Below, one piece after another: positions 36,599 to 48,620 of a DNA stretch of 64,000 nucleotides. The DNA is taken from NCBI GenBank assembly GCA_012295275.1, contig CM022675.1, positions 17,422,001-17,486,000 on the forward strand, written 5' to 3'. The notes below the pieces were generated by a model. That model worked only from the letters and a program-made list of their open reading frames with translations. It made no database searches and was not told the DNA's origin. This DNA comes from Chrysomallon squamiferum (taxonomy: Eukaryota; Animalia; Mollusca). The position numbers and the translations under genes were made by a program. Numbering within the stretch: position 1 is the stretch's first letter; each line of letters opens with the position of its first letter.

Positions 36599-39500
36599 CT
36601 GGAGGGAGTTATAATGGTAATATAATTGCCATGTGCCCAATGGGGATTTCACCAGGGGATTTCAAGGAGTTCCTGGCATGCCTGAAGCAACACATCCTGT
36701 TAACCCTTTGGGCCTGATTGTTTAGAACATGTCATGCCATTCAGCATCTTTTCATATCCTTCACACTATGGTTTCAGTTTTGGTTTTATTTGAAAAATTC
36801 AACCTGTGTTATGAACAATTTATCAAGATCATTCAATTGACATACTTAAATCTAACATTTTTAATAAAAAATCTGGGTGGGTTTTTTTTTTTTTGGGGGG
36901 GGTTGGGTTTTTTTTCTGCCAAGCCCATAACAAAAAAACTTATTCAATTTATATGGATCAGCACAACTTTATTTACATAAGCAGAAAGAATTTTCACTCT
37001 ATTAAATAATTAGCTGTAACAAGTTAAGATACTGTGATGTGTAAATATCATGTATGTGTATATATATAATGTTACTTAAAAGGACTACAAGCATTTGATG
37101 TTTAACCATAATCCTCTGCAATACGTAAACTCATACAAAAAGGTGTTGCTGGTATTAATTAGGGGCAATATTATTTATGTAATCACGAGACCATAGTGAA
37201 TTAAAGATACATGTCTGTCATTTGAAATACACAAAATAATTTTCTTAGCTTTATACTTGCTGTGATTTGACAGTAAACAAAAGTTACATATAATATGACC
37301 ATTGTTGATAGAGGTTATCAACAAGCAAAAATAATCTGTTTTAAAACTTGATCAATTTATGATTTTATATGTAAAAATGAATTTTTTTTATTGACCATTG
37401 TCAATACTTGTGAATACATTGTTCTATTATGTAGCATAGGTTGTTAGGGTTACTATTCTTAATTCGCCATTTATCACAAGGATTTAAATCAAAATAATCA
37501 ACTGTTTTAGATTGGAAGATAGTAATAGGCAAAACAATGTTAATTCATTTATTTAAGAACATACTCATATTATATTCAGTAAAAGTCATGACATATAATA
37601 AAACATGCATCCTACAAGTTATTAAAAAGATAATCAACATTGAAATATTATCATTTTAAATAGCACCAGTTCTTTTGAGTTGCACTTAAAATCTACAGTG
37701 ATTTGGCTATGAACATGCTGTAATGTATATGCTAAAAGTAGGAACAGTGAAGAAAAACAAACAGCCAACGAGTTATTAAAAATATAAACATCTAAATATA
37801 ATCATTTTAAACATCACCAGACCTTTCTAGTTGTATATAAAATCTACAGCAATTTCTGTTTGTAGAAAACATATCTTAATAGCAATTTCACTAAGCACGT
37901 GCTACTTTCAAATGCAGAGCTTCATTTTGCCAATGAAGGCACACCGAAGTGTCACACATTGTTTGAAAGGTATGAGCTTTCATTTGATCCTGTTAATTAT
38001 TTTCAGCCAATTTTCTTCTAAATTGGTTTGAAGGCATGAAAAAGTACATTTTTGTACACAACTTTTGATATATGCCATTGCCAGTGACAACCAACATGCA
38101 CACGGTTAGAAAGATTGAACTTAGACCCTTCTAGCTGTGCTAAAAATAACATTGACGCCATTTTGGCAAAAACAACCCAGGCGTTTGTAGAGTGACCCAC
38201 ATTTTAGGACTTTTTATTCCATGCTGTTAATTGCTGACCATGGGCGTCGAAGTGCATTTAACCCCAACACGTTTAACACTCTTACAAAGAACTGATTTAA
38301 GATATAACAAGAACACCACCACATAATGACTTTTATTTCCATATATTTGTTTTTTATTGTAGGTTTTATAGAAGGGATTTGATAGTGGAGGAAAATGGAC
38401 AAAACCTGAACTTTTAACAGCTTCGATCAATTATATGAGCTATGCTGCCAGTACCTTCTCGGCATAAATACAGTGTGGCCACTAATCTCAACTTTAAGAC
38501 TCTCCTTAATGATTGATTTTAGACTGTATGAAAGTATTACAGATGGATATAAATGTCTACCCATGATGTCATGAAGCCATATTTAATGTCGCTGGCCTTT
38601 AAGAGCAGGTTCAGAAAATCTGTCTTGGTCAATAATGTGTAACCTCAGCAGTGGCATACTTTAGTTTGGACTTTGTTACTAGGAAAATGTGCATCCCCAA
38701 CTGCATTTAGTGTCTGCTTAAAATCTTTCACTGAGGAGGCCAATGAATGTTTCATTTTTGGAGTTACATTTCAGTGGCATGTTGGATGTGTAATACTAGG
38801 TAACTAACATAATTGGACACAACTATTAAAAGTGCAAATTTTGTCCATTTTCCTCTACTCTAAAATCTCTTCTGTAAAAACTAGTATGAAAAATAAATAT
38901 ATGGAAATAAAAGAGTATTATGTGCTCTTTTAAATGGTGATGTTTTTGATGTGTGTTATGTCAGTAATTTGTTAGTGTTAAACATGGTGAGGGGTAAACA
39001 AACTGCCACCCATGGTCAGTCATTGACAGTGTGGAGTAAAGACCTAAAAAGATGTTGCTCTACAAAAACCTAGTTTAACTTTAGTGTTATTTTTAGCACA
39101 TCAGGAAGGTCAAAGTTTGATCTTTCTAACAGTATGCATGTTGTCACTGGCAATGGTTTATATCAAAATTTGTCTAAAAAACGTATTTTTGCTTGCCTTC
39201 AAACCAATTTTTGAAAACAAACAGTAAAATTGATAATCCATTGAAAGCTGTGGCACTGTCGTTTGCCATCTTTGGCATTGAACAGCTGTGCATTTGAAAG
39301 TAGCACCTGTTTAGCAAAACTGCCATAAATTACATTTTCTGTTGGCCAGATCACCATAGATGTACACTAGAAAGGACTGGCACTGTCAAAAATGATTATA
39401 TTTATGAATTGTTTATATTTTTAATAACTATTTTTAGTGTGTGTGTGTATGTATGTATCTATCTATCCACACACACACACACACACACATGTGCAGCAAA

Positions 39501-41987
39501 AGTGCATTAACTCTTGGACGAATTGCTGTAGATTTTAAGAACTGGAGTGATTTAAGAATTGTAAACATAACAAATTATGCTGCATAACAGTACAATATAT
39601 TCAGTGAGACCAGGTACCAGAGAAATTTTTAGAATGCTGAATAGAAAACTAATACATTTTTTAAAATCATAAATAGATCAGTTTTAAAGATTTTGTTTCA
39701 AGCTCCATCAGAGAAAATAACAACAGTGGTCAGATGATAGATTTCTTTTGTATGCAGTCAAATCACAGCAAGTACAAAGCTAAGAAAATTCTTTTCTGTC
39801 TTCTTCAAATGACAGCTCTGCCTTTAATTGCATTTATACAGAATTTATTGCCCCTACTTATACTGCAACATCTTTCTGGAGTAGACTCAAAGGTTTAGCT
39901 GAGTTTATATATTGCAGGGTTATAGTTGGCTTTTTTAATATAGTACCCCTTTTCAGGAACCTCAACAACTCAAACAAATATTACAGATGTTACTCAAACT
40001 GCTGGGGTTCATTGTAGACATGTCTTTTTACAAAATAACAGAAACAAATAGTTTTCAAACAGCTTCCTTTCCAACAAATGTTAGGATAGTACAAAAAGAT
40101 AGATGATAAATACAAATGAAGTTTTATAAACCATATTTCCACTTAGTATGCATCATTATGTAATCTGTATATATGAATCTCCTTTTGCAAAAACCTGAGA
40201 TGTTTATCTGAAAATATTTTATGTACATGTCAAAAACTAAAAAAATAATTTTATTATTCAAATTCAAACCATAAACAATAAATGTTAAATTCTAATCCTT
40301 TTTTTGTGTGTTTTGTTTCTTTTTGCTCTTATAAATTCAATTATTCAATATAAAAAAAATATTAGCTACATTTGATGTTTACTTTAATATGTGTCGACAA
40401 TGATTATAAAAATTATAAATCGAATAATACATTTAAAAAAAAATTAAAACATTTTGTATTTTTGTAGGTAAAAAACAAGGGAGCTAATTTGGTAATCTGC
40501 CAGTGGGGATTTGATGATGAAGCCAATCATTTACTGCTACAGAAACAATTGCCAGCTGTCCGGTGGGTTGGAGGACCAGAAATAGAGGTAAATATTCTCC
40601 TTCCTTTGTCCAGAGGCAGTGAAATATATTAAAACACATACTGAAGACCCAAAATTAAAATTGCCCTAAATCTTTTATTAATGTTACATTTTTGTACATT
40701 TCTGTCATGTTGTATGTTTCACTAGTGACAATTATTATCAAACAGATACGCAGAGATGGTGATGTTATTTGACAGATTCGTGCAACAATGAAAGTTTGTA
40801 TCTGATTTTGCATTACAGAGTAACCAATAAAAAATGTTGGCATTAAAACACCCAAAGGAATGTTTGAATTACCATTGGAGAGATTAAAAGACTGAAACTG
40901 TAAAGAGTAATATCAGTTTTGAAATAAAAATATTAATAAAATTAAATGTCAAGTTTTATTAGTGTCTGTTAAGCTTATTAGTAGCTAATGTTGCTGTTCA
41001 AAGATTATTTAAATATTTTTATTTAGCTGATCGCCATTGCAACTGGTGGAAGAATAGTTCCAAGGTTTGAAGAGTTGACACCAGAGAAGTTAGGTAAAGC
41101 TGGTATTGTCAGAGAACTGACCTTTGGAACAACCAAGGAGAGAATGTTGGTCATAGAAGAATGTCAGAACTCGAGAGCTGTTACAATTTTCATTAGAGGT
41201 GGAAATAAAATGGTAAATACTTCGTTTTAATGTTTGATTAAATGTTATGCCATTGTAAAAATACAATATGTACACAGTTAGGCTGAAAAAATAGAAGTGA
41301 GGTTTAGTGAGGGAAAAATGAGAATAAGATATCAACTTGTTATCACAAACATAAAATTAAACATCAACATGCATCCATCAATGTTTGTTTCTAATGAAAC
41401 TTTCTTTAATCAAATATTTCATACACTTATGCCATTAGTGGAAACATGTAACAAAAGGTTGTTATTCTGATGTTCTTCAGGATTATTTGCAGTCTTCTAC
41501 CGCAATATCAGATCCCTCTTAGGTTCATGTACAATCATGTACTACGTCCATCAATTTCTATACATGCTTACAATAGCAAAACAGTGCATTTTTGCACATG
41601 ATCACTCGATCATCAGTAATGGGCAGCTGTTTCTGTAGTACTCACTTTTAGATAATCTGTATCAGTTAACATAATGGCGTAAGAAAGATGTTTGTGTTAA
41701 TAGTAATTAAAAAATTCTATTAAGCATCACACAGAAACAAAGAAGTCCTATTAAGTATTTGTTCACCACCTTTGTATTTAAAATCTGTAATTGGAAAGGG
41801 TGACAGCATTATTTTTAATACTGTTTGTCATTGTTATTATTCAGCCCTTGAATTTATAAACATATAGATATAGAATAGCTGTAATATGTTTTGTTCTCCC
41901 CCAAAATAACAGATGCCCACTATCCATTCACAAACTATGGTTACATTATTGTACACAAATCAAAGGTAAAATGTACCTGAAGATATG

Positions 41988-42019
<32 letters not shown>

Positions 42020-45000
42020 TGAAAATGAAGTGACTTGAAAGTTTGCCATAGGTTAAATGTCAGGTTATGTTTAACAGGTGAAAGCACTTATTTTGCCCAT
42101 GTCAGCCCCTGCCACACTCCTTGTGTGTTCAAGACAATAGCAAGATAATTTTTCAGATATAATTGCAAGTTGTGAGTTCATGTAATTTATTCAGCTTAAA
42201 TGTTTTGTTTTCATTTGAACAGATAATTGAGGAGGCAAAGAGAAGTCTACATGATGCTTTGTGTGTTATACGGAACATCATTCGAGACTGTCATGTGGTA
42301 TATGGTGGGGGTGCACCAGAAATTTCATGTTCTTTAGCCGTAGCAGCTGCAGCCGATAAGGTGAGTTGTGATTTTAAAAATATTTAGTTTAGATATTAGG
42401 TGTATTAACTGCACCAATTAAACTGGTATTCATGTGATGAAATATAAAAAGACTAATATGTGTATGTAAAAAGACCAATTTTTACTAATGTTAACTAATT
42501 TTATTTTTCCTAATAAAGGAAATAAACACAGTCCTGATAATAAAAATCCATCAAATACACGTTCTGTTTCTGAAACTGAAATGTGACAAAAGTGTGATAT
42601 TGTATTAAAAATTGAAAATGAGATATTTAAATAATCCTATAGAGTTTGTTAATAGATTCACAAAACTACAAAATCTTTGTTGATACCTTAAGAACAGACA
42701 GAGCTTTGGCATTCTTAGTGTTACCAAAGTAACAGAATGATTAAACTAAGAAAAATAACCCTGAAGGCTTCCCTTAAATTCTATCTCCAAGTCCACACAA
42801 CCATGCATTTTTGGGGCACCTTAATCAGGCTTGAAATTGAAACCATTTGGATCACTGCATCCTGTTTTGTGAAATTCAGAATTTTACGTTTACTTTGATT
42901 TCCTCCTGTTGATGTTTGCTTTCTGACATGTTTCTTAAATGTTTTCTAGTTCTGGTGCTGATAAAAGTAAATGAATCCAATGTGTCAGTGTTGGTTAGAA
43001 TTTGTATATGAATTGCAAATTGAATAGTTGTGTGTATTTTATAACAGTTTCCAGTTAAATGTTTTGTAACTTAAATATCCATGAAATCACTACATATGCA
43101 TTCTTTTTGTTTATAACCAAGATAAAGCTAGAGATGTTGTAATGATTTGTAAAAACAATGATTTTGTCAGATGTTTAAGCATGTGGAATTTCTGCCAGTT
43201 TTGTAATTGTGTGGATCAGACAACATGCCAGATAAATCTCACTCTGAACCATTGTCAGGTCTACACAACAGATCTGTCACACTGATGTGAGTGAAACATG
43301 GATAGAATCATTATCTGAAAGCAAAATTCAGGGTCATTCAAAAGCCCTGCTACACTTTTAAGTTTTAATTAAATGAAAACAGCTTTATGGTTTCGAACAA
43401 AATTAGTCGTGAACTTTCTATAGACAGCTACAATTGTCCCATATCGAAAAAGTCCCTCTTCTGTTTTCTTAGGCTCCGTAAATTTCAACGTGAGCACCTT
43501 CTTTTTTGAGACACATTGCCCACCTTTTCAAGCATTCCTCTCCAACTCCAGTCAGCAGCTCCCTTGCAACAAGATTGCAGGCATTCCTTAGATGTTCCTG
43601 TAACTCTTCAAGACTCCTAGGCTTTGATGCATAGACTTCACTTTTCAGGAAGCCCCAGAGAAAGAAGTCACAGGGTGTCAAGTCTGGAGAATGTGGCACC
43701 CACTCCAGAGTTCCTCGATGACATACCCATCCGTTAGGGAACTTGTGATTCAAGAAATTGTAAACTGCTTTAGCATAATGTGGAGGAACACCATCTTGTT
43801 GGAGAAAACAATCACATTATGCTAAAACAGTTCGCAATTTTTTGAATCACAAGTTCCCTAATAGATAGCAGGTCGTCAACAAATCCCAATTGTAAACTTG
43901 TCATATAGGCAAAGCAGTTGCGTTACTTCTAATAGGTGAGCCACTCCACTAAAAGTGTGCTATTGTATTAAAAATTGAAAATGAGTTATTTAAATAACCC
44001 TATAGAGTTTATTAAAAGATTCACAAAACTACAAAATCTTTGTTGATACCTTAAGAATTGACAGAGTATGACATTCTTAGTGTTACCAAAGTAACAGAAT
44101 GATTAAACTAAGAAAAATAACCCTGAAGGCTTCCCTTAAATTCTATCTCCAAGTCCACACAACCATGCATTTTTGGGGCACCTTAATCAGGCTTGAAATT
44201 GAAACCATTTGGATCACTGCATCCTGTTTTGTGAAATTCAGAATTTTACGTTTACTTTGATTTCCTCCTGTTGATGTTTGCATTCTGCATGGACTGTTTC
44301 TGACATGTTTCTTAAATGTTTTCTAGTTCTGGTGCTGATAAAAATAAATGAATCCAATGTGTCAGTGTTGGTTAGAATTTGTATGTGAATTGCAAATTGA
44401 ATAGTTGTGTGTATTTTATAACAATTTCCAGTTAAATGTTTTGTAATTAAAAGATCCATGAAGTCACTATATAATGCTTTCTTTTTGTTTATAACCAAGA
44501 TAAAGCTAGAGATGTTGTAATGATTTGTAAAAACAATGATTTTGTCAGATGTTTAAGCATGTGGAATTTCTGCCAGTTTTGTAATTGTGTGGATCAGACA
44601 ACATGCCAGATAAATCTCACTCTGAACCATTGTCATGTCTACACAATAGATCTGTCACACTGATGTGAGTGAAACATGTATAGAATTATTTTTTGAAAGT
44701 TTAATATATTTGTCATCTTGCATATAAATCTGCACATTATATGCTGTTTTAAATGATAGTGGATATCTCAGTTGTTTTTTGTGCATATTCTATCAAATAT
44801 TTAGAAAATGAGATTAATTTTTAAATCTTTTCTTTTTTTCCTTTCTATCTTTCCAGTAATGAGTTCGGTATAGTGAATCTGCTGTTTACATAAAGGTTTC
44901 CTGTTTATACTGTAGATTATATTCATTGGACTATACAAGTTGTCAGCAATTCCGAGTTGTTGTTTTTATGTCATACTGGCAAAACAATTGTATTACTACT

Positions 45001-46724
45001 AATAAGTGAGCCACTCCAGCAAAAGTGTGCAGTTGCATTAAAAATAGAAAAAGAGATATTCACAAAACTACAAAATTTTTGTTGATACCTTAAGCTTTGA
45101 TGTTTTTAGTGTTGCCAAACGTGGAATTTCTCAATTATTGAATGATGTCCATGAGACTAATGACATCTGAAGCAAAATCAAGAATTTTCTTAGCATTATA
45201 CTTGTAATTTGAATACAAAGATATTTTCTGTGATGGAGCTAATCACCCAAATATACAACCAGGTTTTAAAAATTAATATGATATTTAAAAAATGTAATTG
45301 GTTTATTCTTCCATTCATAATACAAGCAGTACCACTGTTACTTGGCACTCACAGACTATATTGTACTGTGTTTTGTACTGGTTTTTGTGTTTATGATTCA
45401 AAAACCAAGTTTAATTTGCTGTTTATTGTGAGAATTTTGCAAACAAAATATTCACATGAGTCTTAGATTAGAAAAGATGGTAATCACCAAAACTCAAATG
45501 CACTGACTCACGTTCTGTCTGGCCAGTAAGCATACTTCTCAGCATGGACATAGCAACTGAACTGGATTGTTTATATGTAAATCATTGTGTTTCCTCCTCG
45601 TAACTGACCAAAACTATTACTATATCTTTTTAATAAAAAGTAAGATACCACACACAAAAAAGTTGACATCAGTCATTCTTTTGGTATGTGACTAATGGTA
45701 TCTGTCTGTCTAGCTGAGTAGAAACAAAATAAGAAAATTGGCAATTTTCCACAAGTTTGAGTTTAATTAGGCAAGTGTCATGAAAGTATGCATCAAAATA
45801 ATTATTTAGGATTCAAAAGAGGCTAGACACTTAAGAGAGAACAGAGGTTTGGTAAAGAAGAAATGAGACAATATATCATAAAATGTACTTCCAAGTAATA
45901 TTTATTTATAAAAATGGAAAAAGAAAAAAGACTTAATATTGCTCTGGATTAAAAGTGGCGGACTAATAGAAGGTGATTATTTGTATGAACAGTGATCATT
46001 TTATCTATCTTTCTTCATTTTTTCCTTCTAAAGATATCTACTCTGGAGCAATATGCAGTGCGAGCTTTCTCTGAGGCCTTGGAAAGTATTCCATTAGCTC
46101 TGGCAGAAAACAGTGGCTTTGCTCCGATACACACACTGGCAGACGTGAAATCTCGCCAGGTGAAAGAGAAAAATCCTCACTTGGGAATTGATTGTCTCCT
46201 GAAGGGAACAAATGGTATATTAGAAATTTTATTCTATAAATCTCATTTTATGTTTAGTTCAAACGTTAAACTTACAAATCTATATTCCTTTGCACATTGT
46301 TGGAAAGAAGTAGTAATAAAATATTAAGTTGCAATTAAAATTGTTTAAAAACAACAGATTTCAGTAAATATTGAATATTATTCACTAGAGTTGGTAAAGT
46401 TTAACTATTTCAATTAAGCAATAAATAAATTTATTTTGGATACTTGTAACTAGAAGTATAGCTATTGTTAAATTGTACCCAAAACTTGTAACACCCATAA
46501 AATAGAAGCTAATCACTTTTAACCAATGCCATTATTAAAATGTTTGATAAAATTTTCACTCATGATTCTACCAACTATTAATGGATGAATGTTATTTTCC
46601 AGATATGAAGGAACAAAATGTTATAGAGACCCTTACAGCAAAGACTCAGCAGTTGTTACTAGCAACACAGCTTGTTAGGATGATTTTAAAAATAGATGAT
46701 ATTCGAGCTCCTAATGACATGTAA
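18062..46724 (+). CDS. CCT5: T-complex protein 1 subunit epsilon (chaperonin CCT5), 539 aa
   Basis: Exons 18062-18166, 29722-29947, 30270-30468, 30658-30850, 32080-32229, 40468-40587, 41027-41212, 42223-42360, 46034-46214 and 46603-46724. All introns are GT-AG, phases are consistent, total 1620 nt. Motifs: [87 protein letters not shown] at 46933-46964. Confidence 0.98.
18401..21826. mobile_element. Composite non-autonomous DNA-transposon region bounded by about 365-bp inverted repeats
   Basis: 18401-18768 is an imperfect reverse complement of 21461-21826, with TA on both outer flanks. The inner unit 18741-21487 is flanked by TTAA with GGTACCAGCA ends. Internal tandem duplication of about 190 bp at 19710-20070. 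No recognisable transposase. Confidence 0.7.
22240..23700. repeat. Old degenerate inverted repeat pair (possible MITE remnant)
   Basis: About 22340-22412 is an inverted match to about 23568-23640 (CTGTGGCAGA...AGAGGA(C/T)ACTTGGGC); both ORF translations contain EDTWAN. Confidence 0.4.
23704..25872 (-). mobile_element. Non-autonomous DNA element with GGTACCAGCAG termini (family recurring in CCT5 introns)
   Basis: GGTACCAGCAG at 23704 and CTGCTGGTACC ending at 25872, with flanks TGTA/TGTT. The body is an inverted match to 36795-38457 and 20370-21487. Internal duplication of 24933-25125 at 25628-25812. Confidence 0.6.
25860..27895 (+). repeat. Near-identical direct duplication of about 250 bp (25860-26115 and 27650-27895)
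   Basis: GCCTGCTGGTACCTGTTCTTGGG...CTAGTTGAGATATT occurs twice with few differences. Confidence 0.85.
28135..29383. mobile_element. Internally deleted Sola2-like element
   Basis: Arms are homologous to the 33364-35429 element. The right end is GGGTGATTCAACACAGAATGATCC; the left end is eroded. Confidence 0.65.
31698..31822 (+). ncRNA. Box H/ACA snoRNA, SNORA42/SNORA80-like (copy 1, CCT5 intron 4)
   Basis: Hairpin AGCATG...CATGCT, H box AGATAA (31751-31756), second hairpin, ACA at 31817-31819. Pocket strands GAACCAT and CTGAT are complementary to conserved 18S rRNA AUCAG-UU-AUGGUUC, and CTGAT starts 14 nt before the ACA box. Confidence 0.8.
32857..33214. mobile_element. MITE-like element of about 360 bp
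   Basis: Imperfect terminal inverted repeats ATATTCCAGCATAT / ATATACTGCTGGATAT. Confidence 0.4.
33364..35429 (-). mobile_element. Sola2-like DNA transposon with a decayed transposase
   Basis: Ends GAGGCATTCCGTGTCAAATCACC and GGTGATTTGATATGGCATGACCC; 4-bp TSD ATTA (33360-33363 and 35430-35433). Minus-strand remnant CCDPLNCH...LR...PGDKLCCDC (34041-34547), then [28 protein letters not shown]...[14 protein letters not shown] with stops and frameshifts. Confidence 0.75.
35470..36763. mobile_element. Truncated second Sola2-like copy, interrupted by low-complexity (TAG/GAT)n sequence
   Basis: Starts GGGTCATCCCATGTCAAATCACCC; left-arm homology extends to about 36100 and a right-arm piece lies at 36640-36763. 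Confidence 0.65.
36795..39925. mobile_element. Two inverted copies of the GGTACCAGCAG-ended repeat family (36795-38457 +, 38805-39925 -)
   Basis: Diverged reverse-complement similarity between the two, and to 23704-25607 and 20370-21487. Confidence 0.65.
43177..43301 (+). ncRNA. Box H/ACA snoRNA, SNORA42/SNORA80-like (copy 2, CCT5 intron 8)
   Basis: GCATGT...ACATGC stem, H box AGATAA (43230-43235), CTCAC...GTGAG stem, CAGGTCT/AGATCTG upper stem, ACA at 43296-43298, and the same 18S guide pocket as copy 1. Confidence 0.8.
43329..43870 (-). mobile_element. Tc1/mariner DD41D (rosa/VS-type) transposase 3' fragment with one TIR
   Basis: FLQQD-x41-D counted directly ([53 protein letters not shown]). 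TIR-like CAGGGTCATTCAAAAG at 43329. An inverted partial copy lies at 43813-43870. Confidence 0.85.
44555..44679 (+). ncRNA. Box H/ACA snoRNA, SNORA42/SNORA80-like (copy 3, CCT5 intron 8)
   Basis: Nearly identical to copy 2. H box, ACA (44674-44676) and guide are intact; one G>T change in the 3' upper stem. Confidence 0.72.
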
Positions 46725-48059
46725 ACAGAAACTTTTGCCTAGCTGTCCACAATGTTATAACTTTAATATAAACAATTGTTTGTATTTCCATTGTGTTATT
46801 TCATCATCAGGAAGATTTTGATATTTCAATATCTAATTATTTCTGGTGTCTGTTCAGTCTGCAGTTCTTGTTTTTCTTTTTTCATTAAAAATGTTCTTTT
46901 CTCTTTTCACACAATGTAAAGATTATTTGATAAATAAATAAAAGATGTGCGATGTTATAATAAAACTTTCAAAAATGCAGGGATATTTTGGTTTGTTTTT
47001 TACTATTTTATCATTGGTGGATTTTGTCCTATTTTTACTGTTACTCAAATAGTTTAGAAAGGTTTATATGAAAGAACTGGTTGCTGGTCAGTATAAACAT
47101 TATGTACAGTTACTGTACCTCAAAAGAACAGTTAACATCAACACTTAAAATTGAGCATGTGAACTTTTTCGTTTTTTTTTTTTCAAAAACTGGCAGCAAC
47201 ATTACTTGAACTATGTGATGAATAAGTAAACAGTGTGATCAACAAAAACATTTTTGGTAAGAAAATCTCAGTAAATTAAATTAAGATGCTATAATCAAAA
47301 TGATAAACAATATTGATTTCTTAATGTTCTGATAGTGAAAAATAGAGAAATTAATTAAATGTGTGAATTTGCCATTACATGTATGATCTAAGTTTGTAGG
47401 TCAGATAGAAGGCACATAAAACAAAATGTTAATTAAAATTGAAACTATTGTAAAGATTAAAATTTTATAAATTAAGATTTGTTGGCCCTTTTTGAACAAT
47501 TGGTTGCAGATTGTGGGTTTTTTTTTTTTTTTTTTATATATGAAATATATTGCCTTCAGTGACATGTATATTGAAATAGGTTTCTTTCATTTAACATTGT
47601 CAACATTAACCTGTCCTGAAAATAAATAAAGTATATTTATTTCTCAAATCAAACTGTAGTCCTGATTATTCCACATTTATAAAATGTAAAATTCAGTGCA
47701 GGGTAGTGAGTATTTTGGTTTGATAATTTGTTATAATTACAGCCTTGAGCAGATGTCGGTTTCTATTCTAAAACTTGAAATGATGAAGTTAGTTTACATG
47801 ATAAATAGAAAAATTGTCTGCTGTTTCAGTTTTCTTTATTTCAGTACATAAACATTTTGACAACAGATGTAATTATTTCCAGTGTAGACCATTTTAACTT
47901 GCTGCCAAGTCTAAGTTTTCAGTGAGAAATTCAAGTGATTCTTTGGTTTAGTGATCAGCAAGTCCATTGCCAATAACATCAACGTGCTGGTAGCCATTCA
48001 TTGATTGATTGTTGTCAAACAGTATTTCTTTGTATGTGTTTTGTTATTGAGGGCAATGG

Positions 48060-48620
48060 CCCAGGACATAGGTAATATTTTATAAATGATCCCAAAATGA
48101 ATTCTAGTTTGCGGGACTTGTTATGGAGTACAAATTAGGATCTATATATGTCCCAGTACTCCTTAATTGCCCTATTACCTGGTTGAAGGTGTGTGTAGTC
48201 AAAAGGTAACACCGAACTATTCCTGTACCACAGTGCAGTTGTCAGTACTAAGAGTTAGTATTAAATAAAACAAAATTTTAATATGATATTCAACAATACC
48301 TTAGATTAAAAAAAAATCCAAAAAATCCTCAACTTTGTCCAGCGAAACCATCTGAAGGGTTGAAGCATGCCTTACCACCTTTTGTATATCATCGTTTTCA
48401 AGATAATCTGATGCTAGTATATAAAGGTTTCGCATGTCGTCGATAAAGAAAATGACTTGCACTGCAATGTTAAACTTGTAAACCAATGGGTACCTTCTAC
48501 TCCCCAACTCAAAGTAGACAATTTGTTTCCCACAAAGTATGATGTTAAATAAGAAGTAAATTAACATTTGGTATAATAGTTGAAACATGTAATTCATTTC
48601 TGTAGTATTAATCTAAGGAT
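48060..48620 (-). mobile_element. Probable MULE/Mutator transposase remnant
   Basis: ORF 48301-48597 contains FQLLYQ...YPLVY and LASDYLENDDIQKVVRHASTLQMVSLDKVEDF, resembling MULE motifs (QLY...PLVY; GL..Y......vr...L..vP.d.V). Degenerate. Confidence 0.4.

Larger units (their letters stand above)
42588..44699 (+). repeat. Direct duplication of about 740 bp in CCT5 intron 8 (42588-43321 and 43951-44699), plus a deleted third copy at about 44975-45132
   Basis: Long near-identical blocks, each ending in a snoRNA copy. Confidence 0.9.

Noticed and set aside
36434-36652. Thr-rich mucin-like ORF
   Set aside because: Degenerate (TAG)n microsatellite.
43183-43215. 5' pocket of the snoRNA guiding 18S at human-equivalent U572
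   Set aside because: GGAATTT/GTGTG gives only a partial match, spacing to the H box looks too long, and copy 1 lacks it; left unassigned.
45141-45172. C/D-box-like ATGATGT...CTGA
   Set aside because: Far too short and no rRNA complementarity recognised.
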